This document shows, one piece after another, positions 10,398-22,827 of a stretch of 64,000 nt of DNA; the stretch's first letter is position 1, and the number at the start of each line of letters is the position of its first letter. A program made the position numbers and the translations under genes. The DNA is taken from NCBI GenBank assembly GCA_023515725.1, contig JALDTO010000266.1, forward strand, positions 506,708 through 570,707, in the 5' to 3' direction. The DNA comes from Amoeboaphelidium protococcarum X5. Lineage: Eukaryota > Fungi > Aphelidiomycota. The notes beneath the pieces are model-generated. The model was not told the DNA's origin. It saw only the letters and a list, made by a program, of their open reading frames with translations, and ran no database searches.

Positions 10398-11867
10398 ATG
10401 GTGAGTTCTGTAGTTAACATTTAAGGATTGAGTGTGGATAAGCTGAGATTTGTTGCTTTGTTATTGTGCAAGACTCGACACAATGATACGTCGTTATTGG
10501 ATGTGTACTATCAAGTTGTGGAATAGTGTGTACTCAGATTGACTGCATCATCAAGTGATAGTTTCCCGCTGGTTGTTGATTCTCTCCAGTGTCTTCTTAT
10601 TTCCAAGTCACAGTATATGGATTCTTCACGGGTGAGTGGTATCTTGGAGAGATGTCAGTTAAGTAGTCGATTGGCTGATATTCTACGCCGCGACTATTAG
10701 AGTATGCGTAGTCTGCAGTTGATTATTACTTTGCTGGTTGTCGTGCTGGATATTATTGAAGATTTGCCATTTGCATAGAACGATGAAGTGTTATAATTGA
10801 TTCTATCACGCGGAATGGATCTTGGTGGACATAGTAATAGTAGTACTAATAAACCTGATCATTTGAATAGGCGCCTTTGCTTACAGCTGTCCACTTTGCT
10901 GGTGGAAAAGTTTTCATAACGTTACAATTGGATTCTGTGGATTATCTTGGATAGTTTTAGTAAAAACATTTCATTGAATTCTTAATTTAAATATACACCA
11001 CAAGGTAGATTGTTCAATAGTAGTGCTTAATCGTTGGATGTGCATAATGTCGCAATGGTTAAAGAAGAGTCTCAGCTGGTCAATTCACTTGCTTGTCAAA
11101 ATAATGTGTGGTTGAGTTAAAAGAGACTTTATGCGGCGTCATTCATTGCCTATTGTATTACAAGGACGCGAATGTGCATAGATCACCTAAAGATTGTTGA
11201 TCGTAATGAAACTTTATCCGCCAACAATGGCGATGATGGAACTGGCAATAAGTAGTAACTAGACGGCGATAATATTGACAGTGTTAGGAAGATTGTTGCA
11301 CTCAATCTGAATAGTATATATGCTCTGACTGCTGGCTCTGAGGCGTTTGATGTATTGTCTGATGTTCATCATTAATTATAGTAATCCTAAACAATGCTGG
11401 ACGATACTAGATTTAAAGATATTCTAGTTCCTTCGCTAGATATGGCCATTCTGTCTGTAGATTAAATGTCATTTGGTCATATTATTTACTATTTGGCGCA
11501 TATCCGCAATTAGATTAAGCGCTTATTGGATTCTGGAAGTAATAACAATGTCGCTGTATTGGATGAACTATTTTATTATTTTGAGGCTGCTAGCACGTTC
11601 TATGTATCGTAGCTGTTGTTCATCGTTTCTGGATATGGTATGTTATTGGAGATGGATGGTGGCAAAGAGTAGAAATACAACAAGATTTAAAGGGAGAATA
11701 TTGCATTTGAATGTGGAAGTGATCTGGTTGATGCACTGAGCTCTCTACAGGAACTTTTCCATGATGAACTTTCATCCGGTCAGTAGTCATAATAATCATA
11801 CTAGTCTAATTTGAACTACCTCAAGAGGCTGCAACAATACGTGGAAAACTGTATTGATTAGCAATGA
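10398..11867 (+). CDS. Hypothetical helical protein (~489 aa)
   Basis: Long frame with TAR=Q from ATG 10398 to TGA 11865-67 (tandem TGATGA); no family recognised. Confidence 0.6.
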
Positions 11868-11944
11868 TGAAATAATAATATTAATCAGTTCACATTCTTT
11901 AAATTTTCAAATTTATATCAATTGAGGTATAGTAAGTAAATGTA

Positions 11945-13507
11945 TCAAATGTAATGCAACTCTCGAACTGTGGACACTTTGCCATCAACGTACTCTTGCA
12001 AGTTGTTATAATCCAAAAGATAGACCAGGCGCATCAGGTGAGGCATATACTCCTCATCGGGAACCAGGACATTGAACTCCAGTTTGGCAAACACGGCAAA
12101 TTCTTGAACACGAATATATTCAGAAGATACCATAAGATTCTTCTCCAGAGCCTGCAATAACTTGACATAATTCATACTCTTGCGATCATTGATCTTGGCT
12201 GCAATTAGGAGACACGCACCAGCAATTACTTTTCTATTAGATTTAGTCACGTACTTGCTCAATATCAGTTTCTCAAGAAATACGATGGCCTTTGCCACGG
12301 TGCTGAGTTCTAGATTCACAACAAGACCAACCTCGAGTAGATGCAACTTCAAATTCCTAATCTTGCTGAGAGTTATACCATCTCCCAAGTCATCATGCTT
12401 CTACAAGAATTATTCATTAAGCTCCTATTTCAATTCAGCAGCCTTTGCGTATTACAGAATCGAGGATATATATGACTGTAGTGTGATCACAGTCTTATAA
12501 GTGCCAGTTTTAAGATTAGGATCATCGAGGAAGTTGGGATCATAGCTAGACTACTATGAGGACACTTACTGATTCTATGAATACGACTATCCTCCACTAG
12601 CACCTCCGATAAAGGACTAAAGAGCGGATTATTGTGGTATCAAGAGATGGGAGAAACTCTGAGCCGCCATTCTCTAATGCCTCAAATTGTCTACGCTACC
12701 ATTCATCTAACGCGAATAGTCACCACTGAGTTGCAATTAATTAGCCAACGCGATAGCCTTCCGTCTAGCTATATCCTTGTAAGATATGACAGAGTGAACA
12801 GCAACTGGCTGATTAGAATCTCTCAAGACGTATACCAATCTAGGATCTTTCGTCCCATTCACGATGCCATTCAAAGTCAAGCGGTTGTTAACAAACTCAC
12901 CACCAACAGTCCGCTTGGATGCAGTGATCATATCCTACTACTACTATTAACTACCATCAACAGTATCCAGCATATCACCACTGGCAGGTGACGAGCCAAA
13001 CAAAGGCGACTTATACTGATCGCCACCACAATCTTTGGCTGCATCCAAGGGTGGTAGATCATTAGGCGCAGATGAAGGCGGCGACTGATGCTCACTCTCT
13101 GTACTAGCAGATGAATCTCCACCATGGAAATTAATACCGAGCAAGAACCTCTCAGCAGTCAGCTATCGCTTGCTCTTGATCTTCTTCTAAATCGGCGCAG
13201 GTTCACCGCCACCTTCTTTGCCATTGGAATTCTCCTAATCGTGATGATGATCATGAATAACATCATTCAATTCCACAGCGGGCTCAAGGGGCGGCACCTG
13301 CTGCCCAAGTATTCAGTCTTCCGTAACGGGCGCCTACTCATCAGACTGTATGGGGGGAATAAGGTCAATCTAATTAGACTACTGACTACCACCAGCACTA
13401 TCGCTCATTTGAATGCTACTTAGAAACTTCATGGCAGCCTATCTCTTTCTAGACTATCTCTACTGTTATTACTACTGCTGATGATCTTCTGAACTAATAT
13501 TTATCAT
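11945..13507 (-). CDS. CABLES: CABLES-like cyclin-box protein (CDK5 and ABL1 enzyme substrate)
   Basis: N-terminal RKRQAAMKFLSS; YDPNFLDDPNLKTG; C-terminal cyclin box ITLSKIRNLK...AIVFLEKLI..RKVIAGACLLIAAKIND. Confidence 0.85.
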
Positions 13508-13902
13508 ATTCCTTTTGTTAATAAATGTCTTTTAGATGTTATTATAAACCAACAATATATACGCTTTCGAAAGTGTACTGTTTGTATTGCAATCTCCTTA
13601 AACGTTCGACGAAGAAGAGAAGAGCAAGAAATCACGCGATCACTATTTCTCTCACAGAAAACGAACAGAGCGCTCTCGTCGAATCACCAACGATGAAGCT
13701 CATCCATTGATTGAGCGATCGCTTCGTCGCGTAGAAGTTGACGCGATGAAACAGAGCTTGAATGTTATAGCAGTGATCTTTGATGGAGGATGGCGCCGAG
13801 TATTCCCAGCAGAGATAACATTAAAAATAAATAAATAGTTAGTCATAAACATAATGGAGGTTAAAAATTCTCAATAATTGAAATGTATACAGTTCATCAG
13901 AT

Positions 13903-15000
13903 TCAAGATTGGTATGCTTTTAGAATGTCTTGATGGAGTTGGCCATTACTAGCGAGGATTCCGAGATTCTGAGAGAGATACGGCGAACCTTTGGGGAAGA
14001 TCAACGGTTTGCCGTCAAGATCAGTAACTTGACCGCCAGCCTCTCGAACAATCAATTCACCAGAAGCATGATCCCATATCTTTTCCTGGTAATTCTACTT
14101 CACCGGCAATCTAAAGTAGACATCGCCTAGGCCACATGCTACCAGTGCGTATTTACACTGACTGTCAAGACGGACAGATTGATTGCGGTCACATCCAAGT
14201 TTGTCCATAATACGCTGACTTTGATCATGATCACTGTGCCCAGATTCCACCGATTCACATACCGAGAGCTTACTACATTCTTTAATGCTTGATACGCAAA
14301 TAGATATGGAGGAAGAATAGGAGTTGTATTTAGAGTTCAATGATACTACGAATGATCCACCCTTGAGTGATGCATAGAATACAACACCGCACCCAAGTTG
14401 ACTCAGAGTCTAGTCCGCTCCCCGGCTATAATATCTAAGATCTAGATTAGGACATGCCATCGCAGCCAGAACAACTTGTCCATCCCTGATCAAGGCGAGA
14501 CAAACTGCATACTGTTGACCGCGAATGAACCCTTTAGTGCCATCGATAGGATCTAAAGTGAAATACTCATTAGACGATAGAGCGGTAGACTTGCCTTCAT
14601 CCACAAGGTGATATAAATCGCTCTCTCCAAGACTCTCCTTCAACGTCGCATTGACCAAATCTAGAACAGCCTTTGACAATTTAGACGATGATGAACCATT
14701 CTATTTCTGACGCAAATCTTCTGAAGACTCTTCGCTAATCATTGCATACTAATGATTGCGCAATTGACCCATGAGCACGTAATTTACTACAGCTTGAGCC
14801 GCAAAGTCCGCGACCGTGACAGGCGATAAATCATCCTTGATCATCTGAGAGCCATCCGCCGTAGTAGCACCTTGTCGAGACAAGAACTACTTCTGATACG
14901 CATCCGTCATACTACCGGCCACTTTCACAGCTTCCACCATCGCCTTCAGAATACTGTCATCTGAGTCCTTGTCGCCGCTAGTTCCCATCTTACAGCTCAT
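13903..15000 (-). CDS. MET22: 3'(2'),5'-bisphosphate nucleotidase
   Basis: KDDLSPVTVADF, TLDPIDGTKGFIRGQQYAVCLAL, RLDSQCKY, EKIWDHASG. Confidence 0.92.
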
Positions 15001-15403
15001 AATTGACTTTTTTGTTTTATAGCGATTAAAAGTGGCAATATTCAAAACTTACGGAATAAACATCGTTAGATTTGCGCGACAAGTCCGGGAATCTGAATGA
15101 AAGGCGATTTAGCAAATGAAGCTCTGGGTTTGTGATCTCATTTAGATCTAATCAACATTGATTAAACAAACAAAGTTGTTAGACTTTTTGAATGCACATT
15201 AAACTTACTGAATCATTTTCTAACAGACAAAACGCAAGTTTTTTAAACTGTCAAAGATCAGCATCTTATTACTATATGCGAAAGTTGTTGCTATGACAAC
15301 AAAGACCTAGTTTAACTAAACAATGGCATGAAGTTTACTACTTACTGAAAGATTCAACTCTCTCTCTCTTGTTGTCTTATGACTTAAAGGCTTTGAACCT
15401 ACA

Positions 15404-16354
15404 ATGACTTTTATCGGTTAAAGAACTCCATTGGAGTATCTGATCGCTTTTTGCATATTGTGCTTTCTCCTAAATATAGCCTCAGTGTTGAGGGTGAGTA
15501 AGTCTGAGAACTTCTAACCAAATGTCGGATTGATCAAACAACATGAAACAATGATGATTTGCAGTGGATCGCCAAAGATATTGATAGATGTATACGTCTC
15601 GCATTATAACAATCAAAAGTGGCTGCTTAGGTGTTTAAATGCATTGCAGCTCCATCAGTCTCTGCCTAATAATGCTGACCCCTGTACCACTGGTGTTCGA
15701 TACAATGTTGTCACTATGGAGACTACTCAGGGGCAGCGCGATAGCGTGATAAAAGCTGTAGGCAATAGGGCTCGTGTAATATAATATCCTCAGAACGGCA
15801 AAGGTGGTGAGCCTCTGCCAAAGTTTTTCCAACTGGTCGCCGATGAAACAAAGGGCAAGATAACTGTGGTGTGTGATGTAGACGTCCTTGTACTTAGTGA
15901 TGGTTGGGACATGCAGTTATTAGCGATACTGTTCGGTCAGTCGCAGTACACTATCGCTGCTATTAATCCGCGATAGTTCAACTCTAATTTTAAAGACGTT
16001 GCAGAATGGAATTTTCTAGCTTACAACACTGAAGTGCATAGGAACTTGCCGTTTATACAATCCACGCAGCAGATGAGCGAATGGGGTCTTTATGATTTTG
16101 GCCATTGGTTTCAAAAGTAAGCTGTCGATGCTGGTAAGAAGGTTTTCCTTTTCCACCACAAGCAATAGTTGATTGAAGGTAAATCGCCTGCCGTCTGTGA
16201 AGATTAGTATGGAAGACCTTTCGCGCTTCACATGTTCTATACCACCCGGAAGTAGCAGGATGATATTGGAGATGAAGCGTAGTACATTGTTACGCCGGAG
16301 CAGGAGCTTTGTATCGTAGCATATGCATTGTCGAGAAATACCACCTAATGTTGA
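15404..16354 (+). CDS. Type II membrane GT-A-fold glycosyltransferase-like protein (316 aa)
   Basis: N-terminal TM anchor (LEYLIAFCILCFLLNIASVL); beta strand LIDVYVSHYN; DxD motif VVCDVDVLVL; C-terminal ALHMFY. Confidence 0.65.
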
Positions 16355-16610
16355 TACTCTATTAAGGCGATTGTTGCTCCGTAAATGACAGGTGATAATA
16401 ATTACTTGTCTGATGTTGGGCGCGTAATATATTTTCTAAATTTTTTACTGGTGGATGGACTATATGAATTAATGAACTTTTAAGTTAAAGTATCGTTTTT
16501 TATACCTAGACTCCAGGATATCTTTTACATAACGTTAATAATCTTATCGGCGTCCTTATAAAAACTCCTCGTTGACGCCCTATAAACCCAACCGCCGCGT
16601 AATAAACATC

Positions 16611-17905
16611 ATGTCAGACAGCAATAGAGCGCAGTATCTGCAAAGCTTAATTAATAAAGACTTTGCATCAGAGAAGGTGATGAAAAAGTTTGAGATTAAG
16701 CATAAGCTTGGCGAGGGAACGTATGCTGTGGTGCATAGTGGTACTGATAAAGCTAATCAGAATTAAATGGTGGCTGTCAAGATGATCAAGATTGGACAAT
16801 TTAGAGATGGTCTTGATATGTCTGCTATAAGGGAAATCAAGTTTCTTAATGAACTCAGTCACGAGAATGTAGTCAAGCTACTGGCAGTATATACTCATGG
16901 TAGGAACATCAATCTGGTGCTTGAGTATCTTCCGTATGATTTGGAAATTCTGATCAAGGACAAGTCCACCCTGCTCAGTAGTGCTGATATAAAATCGTAC
17001 ATGGGCATGATGTTGAGAGGCGTCGAGCATATACACCGGCACTATATAATTCACAGAGATTTGAAGCCAAATAACATGCTCATATCAGCCAGCGGTCAGT
17101 TGAAAGTTGCGGATTTTGGTTTGGCGCGATCGTATGGAGAACCAACTGGAAACATGTCCACTCAAGTCGTCACCAGGTGAGTCTTTCATTAAGTTTAGTG
17201 ATGTCTATTGACTCTTTTTAATTCCATTGATAATGTAGATGGTACAGGGCGCCAGAGATTTTGTTCGGGGCGCGTGACTATGGTGATAAAGTCGACATGT
17301 GGTCGATGGGGTGTATATTCGCCGAGCTTATGCTGCGTACACCATTTCTAGTGGGTGACACTGATCTTCAACAGCTGGAAACGATATTTCGTGCTTTAGG
17401 AACACCGTCATAGAACGATTGGCCGGTAATTTTTAATTCTAAGAATAGAGGTAATGAGACAATCTTCCAATAATATAATGTAGGGACTAGATTAGCTGCC
17501 TAATTATGTGGAACTCACCAAGTATCCAAAGCCTTAGTTGCGCTAATTATTTAATGCTGCATCGTCTGATACTCTAGATCTTATGGCTCAAATGTTTTGT
17601 TTTTATCCGCTGAAGAGAGTATCAGCTAAAGAGGTAAGAGATATGTAAAGCACTCCCGTTATTTACCCATTTAGCATTTGTAGGCTTTATTGCATGAGTT
17701 TTTCAGGAGAGAACCTTACCCGACTAGTCCAGAGAATTTGCCCAAGATTAAGCAAGCTGTTGATAATAAAAGTTAAACTTAAGTAACATCAACCGCTGCA
17801 TTTAAATAAGAATCTGATCAGACCAGCGGAAAACGAAAAGGTGCAGTTTCTACTACCACCACCTAACCTGTAAAGAAGGCTAAGCAGTTAAAGAGAAACT
17901 AATGA
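16611..17905 (+). CDS. KIN28: TFIIH kinase Kin28/CDK7
   Basis: [45 protein letters not shown]. Introns 17177-17238, 17426-17483 and 17634-17683. Confidence 0.93.
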
Positions 17906-17953
17906 TTTAAAAAGTAGCTTCATAATGATTTATAGTCAAGAAATGTCTCTCTG

Positions 17954-18603
17954 TCACTTTTAAAGGCCATATGTCTGCTCCAAGTATGTTTTAAACTCGT
18001 TATAAGCGCGTTCCAGATTGTCGTTGACGATGATTTTATCGTAAATGTTCTTCTGTTTGGAGTAAGCCAAATCATCTTTCACTGATTACATGCGCTTCTA
18101 AACGCTTTCTTCACTCTCGGTACCACGCGATCTCAGCCGAGTCTCCAGCTCATCTACAGAGGGTGGTGCAATGAAGAGGAAGTTGGCAGAGTTGAATTGA
18201 CTCTGCGGATTGTCGATGAGCCGCTTCACATTTTAAACGCCTTGACGATCAATGTCGAGAATGCAAATCTTGCCGCTTTCGGCCACACTGTTAACCGCAC
18301 TGACCGACGTACCATAATAATTACCGCCAAATTGTGCATACTCTAAAAAGTGATTGTCCGCAATGAGTTATTTAAATTTTTCCACCGAGACATAATGATA
18401 ATCCACACCATCTTGTTCTCCAGCTCGAGGATTGCGCGTTGTATCTACACAAAATTTATTGTGGACATTATTATGGAAAGTGGTAAGTATATCATACGAG
18501 ATACTGAGAAACCGAAATTCTCTGGGTAATCCAAGAAAAGCTTCTTGAGTAGAGTGGATTTACCCACTCCGGATGATCCGGACAGTACCAGCGGCGTTTT
18601 CAT
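17954..18603 (-). CDS. GUK1: Guanylate kinase
   Basis: [32 protein letters not shown] (intron 18445-18497), [14 protein letters not shown]. Confidence 0.93.
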
Positions 18604-18808
18604 GATAATTACAATGTTACAAGGCTTCAAAAAAGGGAGTTAGAGAGCTGTAAAGGAAAAGCTAAATTACGCGCTATCATGTCAGAGAAAAAATAGTAAA
18701 GTAAAAGTAGATATATATCCAACATTGGTATATCTATTGTCTTGTAATAACTTGCCTGGTGTGGCAATGATATGATAGCCGTCATCATCATCAATATCAT
18801 CATTAATA

Positions 18809-20413
18809 TCACTGTGATGATTCCTGTTGAGCATCATCAATACCTTATTGAGAAGGTTGTGAGGACGCTATTTCCCGGGGATGACCAAGTAAGTGCTTGC
18901 GGAGAGTCCTCTAATGATAGAAAGACTTTCCGCATCCTTCAACATGACATACAAACTCTTTCACCCCAGAATGTGTCTTCAAATGTGTAGTGAGCGAATC
19001 CTTTCTACTAAAACTCTTTCCACATCCTTCCACAGGACAGCAGAAGGGCTTCTCTTTGGTATGGACCGCGATATGATTTAAAATGCGCAGCCTCTTCTAA
19101 AAAGGTTCCTTGTTACGGGAGCAGTTCTCCCAGTGACAAATGTATTTACCGCTCCCATCAGGCGCAATATGCACTTCTACAATGTGTTCGCGTAAATCAC
19201 CTACAGTTGGGCAAAGCAGATTACACCCTTGCCAGCAACACTTGTGGACCGAAGACATCTCTGTGCCTTCTGAAGATCTTCTATAATATGGTTCGCCTTG
19301 CCCAGCAGACAACTAATTCTACAACTATATCACCATTTTGATCAGACTGTCTTTGGTCATACCAGCCAATTGTTACCAGGTGTAGTTCGAGTAACAATCA
19401 CCGACAAACTGCATTTCTTCTACACTCTTTACAGATGCAGGTGTACGTGAGCGTGCATTAGAAATCGCCAAACCATGCAGAGAGCTTTAATGACTACTTG
19501 CGATGCTTTAATTGAAATCAATGATCGCACTTTATTGTGATGACAACAAGGACTACTATCTACCAACAATAAATGGAGATGATGGAGACCCAACTGATAT
19601 TTGCGAGTTGAATGAATTTTCCATCAGCTGTACCGCTTATTATTAAGATTAACGGATCAATGGCGATTAAACAGATATAATTTGTCCACTCTACAAAAGC
19701 GTGGTATTGTCCGTTAATGACAAAGACTGGCGGCTATTAATCTACTGCTATATACTCTAGGCCTACGCAAGCTACTACTCTTAGGTTGTTGAAGGCTCTG
19801 TCTGAGTCTGAATTTGCATCTGCATAGCGAGGTCATTCAGCATTACCTATTACTGGAACTACTGCTACTCTTGCATCACGAGCTGTTGAGTATGCTAAAT
19901 TTACTGCTCCATATTTCTCAGTTGAGCATTAACATCCTGCTATTGAGCCATTGCAAACGCGCCTAAGGCATCCAGCATCGCCTGCTAATCAGAGGATGAT
20001 ACAGAGGAATTCAGAGATATCTCTGCCTAAAGAGTCTGCTGTGGATATTAAATCTACTAATGCTACTCATTAAAATTTTGAACAGCCGACTATTGCTATG
20101 TCTAAATTAAAAGATCAGTGCCATTAGCAATCGCCTGTGCGCCTTATTGTAGCAGTAAGACAGACGCAGCATCAGATAGGGAGCTACTACTAAGCACACT
20201 ACTCCCATGAGACGCGTTCAGCATTAAATTCGCGCCTTATATCGCAATATCATCGACTGGCTAGGTATTATTTTGAAAAATCTGCGAAACTTCAACCACA
20301 CCACTGCTATCTTGATATTATTGCACCGAGTTTTCAATCATTGATGATAAAGTGGTATTATTCAATTCATTAAACGCGATGGTTGATACCGACTAAATAC
20401 TATCACGCTCCAT
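18809..20413 (-). CDS. C2H2 zinc-finger transcription factor (Gli/Zic/Zap1-like tandem CWCH2 fingers) with a Gln-rich N-terminus
   Basis: [59 protein letters not shown]; poly-Q tracts encoded by mixed CAR/TAR codons. Confidence 0.85.
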
Positions 20414-20676
20414 TTACTATTTGCTATTAATTAAATATGATATAATGACGATTTACAATGATCTGCTAGTAAAAATTAAGAATTTACACGAAAAAGAGCC
20501 TAGCTCCATCAGCTTCAACCCCTGTTGTTACTGAAGCGTGCACAGGCAACTTTAAGGTGAACAAACGTTTGCTTCAAACCGTGGTAAGTTCATTAACGTG
20601 AAGATCAACAAACTTGATGCAAATTTAATTTTCTGCTCCATAGTCTCAAAATGAAAAAGCCTATTAATACATTCAC

Positions 20677-22458
20677 TCAATTATGTCTGGGCTTTAGTGA
20701 AGAGTCATGATAATGAATTCCCTACACAAGTCGAAATTAGTGGTTACTTGTAGACGCGCGTTTTAAATCAAATACATACCTCCGTGTCTAAAGTCTATTG
20801 CAAAGCCTTCTTGGAGCACTTGATACTCCCATCAGCTAGCTTCTAGTGCAAGTCGTTCAGTTCCAGCTGCTGATAAGTCAGAATCTTCTCATACAGGTCA
20901 TTCTGAGACTTTATAAATAGTTTCACGTGATTGCGCAATGCATTCCCGATTGTTTGTTTCAGATCGCGGACATGATCAGAAGCAGATGTTGATTTTGATT
21001 TTGATTTTGATGATGATGATAATGATGATGTGGATTATTATGGCGCCTAGGAAGTCATCCCTTGATGAGCATTTGGTATGCTATCGTTCTAACTTTACTG
21101 TATATCAACTTTGGATGTATTACCAATCAACTCTATTATCTACACTCGACTCATCAAAATTACCAAGACGACATGCAGGTTCCTAAATTTGATATACTTA
21201 CAGCTAGCATATGAGACTCTGCGAGGTGATGAATCTCTCTGATAGCAGCAACTGTTCGCCGCGAAATTTACTCCTTCACAGTGTCATTAATGAAAGTAAA
21301 GCTATCCAGTTCCGCTTTATACTGAAGAACAGCATTTTAAGATGATGCATAGCAGCCTTCAATAGACTTTGAATGGAACGCCTGTAGAGGATCAGTCTAC
21401 CTCTAAACTTCAAATAAAGTTTCATCTTACTTTGCTCGGGCGGAATGCTGTGATGAAGAACCAGTATTCTTCAAGTTGGGTTATTAAGCAGATCCAATAT
21501 TATCCATTATAAAAGAATTAGCGTCATCAATTGCCATTATATCAAACGTGGCATTTTACTCTTTCACCTGTGTTTTACCGTGAGATGATTTTCGTCGACT
21601 AGGACGCGTTTGTTCAAGGACCATTTTCAAGGCATCATCATTATCATCAATCCTCGAATTAGAGGTAGACTTATTTACAAAAATTTTATACACCGACTCC
21701 ATGTTGTCAAAGTCTTCATCAACTTCATCTAATGCGCTATTCGCATCCACTGGAAGTACCAAGTCCACAGTCTTCTGAGGCACTGGTTTGAGTTTCTACT
21801 GTGTCGTTTCAGCGCGCGTCGACGTGTTCTATGCCATTTATGGCAAATAAGCTTATTTTGCTGTATGTCCAATATCCGATAGTCTTTTGGTATCATCTTC
21901 AACAAGCTTTTTCACTTCAGCCATCGATAACTTACTACGATTGACGCAATCTTTGAGATGCTTTTAAATTTTAGAACTTACGGCAGACTGCTTAACACCA
22001 GAAAGGTTAAATACCAATGCACAGACAGGACATTGACCAAGAGAGGCGACTTTACTAATCAAGTCAGTCTACTGAATCTAAGTTTCGGTCTCGCAAGATT
22101 CCACCATATTATTATAGCTGCTATGCTCTTAATCTAGACATGCGTTGACATGCCGCTCCTGATCCACAACCGAGAATCCTGTCAAGTCAATATTACAAAC
22201 TATACATCGCTACTGAACCGCTTCGTCATTCGATTACACCACAGACATCTAAGACTACTCCTAAAAATTTTCCATACAAGATTCAATATGGTATTATCTG
22301 GCCATTTGGGACTTGAATATAGACAAATTAGCCTAGCATATAGGACAGACAACATTCTAGTCATTGCTGGACCTTCCACTACCGCTTTAGAGCTCATCGC
22401 CAAGATTCATTTTATCAGCGATTCTTTTAGTAGACAAATTAAGCTTAGACTTGAGCAT
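20677..22458 (-). CDS. SLX4: Slx4-like structure-specific endonuclease scaffold
   Basis: Three N-terminal UBZ-type fingers (CPIC..HIESC; CIVC..HVNAC; CPVC..HLKDC) and a C-terminal Slx1-binding domain LYEKILTYQQLEL...LDTEGIHY. Introns 21140-21201 and 20722-20779. Confidence 0.75.
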
Positions 22459-22827
22459 ATTATCACTGTTATGACACCTTGCAGACCTTCAAAATTTATT
22501 GTTTCAACGCGAGTTGGAGTTGCCGCAGAAAAAGCTGAGCGAAGATCTTATATATTCTCTGATCGGCTTGAACATTGGCTTTTAAAGTTACAAATTATCA
22601 TCTTCGCAGCTATAAAATTCTGAAAGATACTAAAAACATAACGTCCAACTAATAATGCATAAACAGTTAGTCATGAAAGATTAAGTACTCAAATGATAAG
22701 CAGATGGTGAATTTTAGGGGTCGCGTTTTGAATTTTTTCAAGTTTTCGCTGAATTCTTCCTCACTATTACTTTGTTCGGTCTGTAACAACTTATAACTAG
22801 CGAATACAATATATACTCACGACTGTC

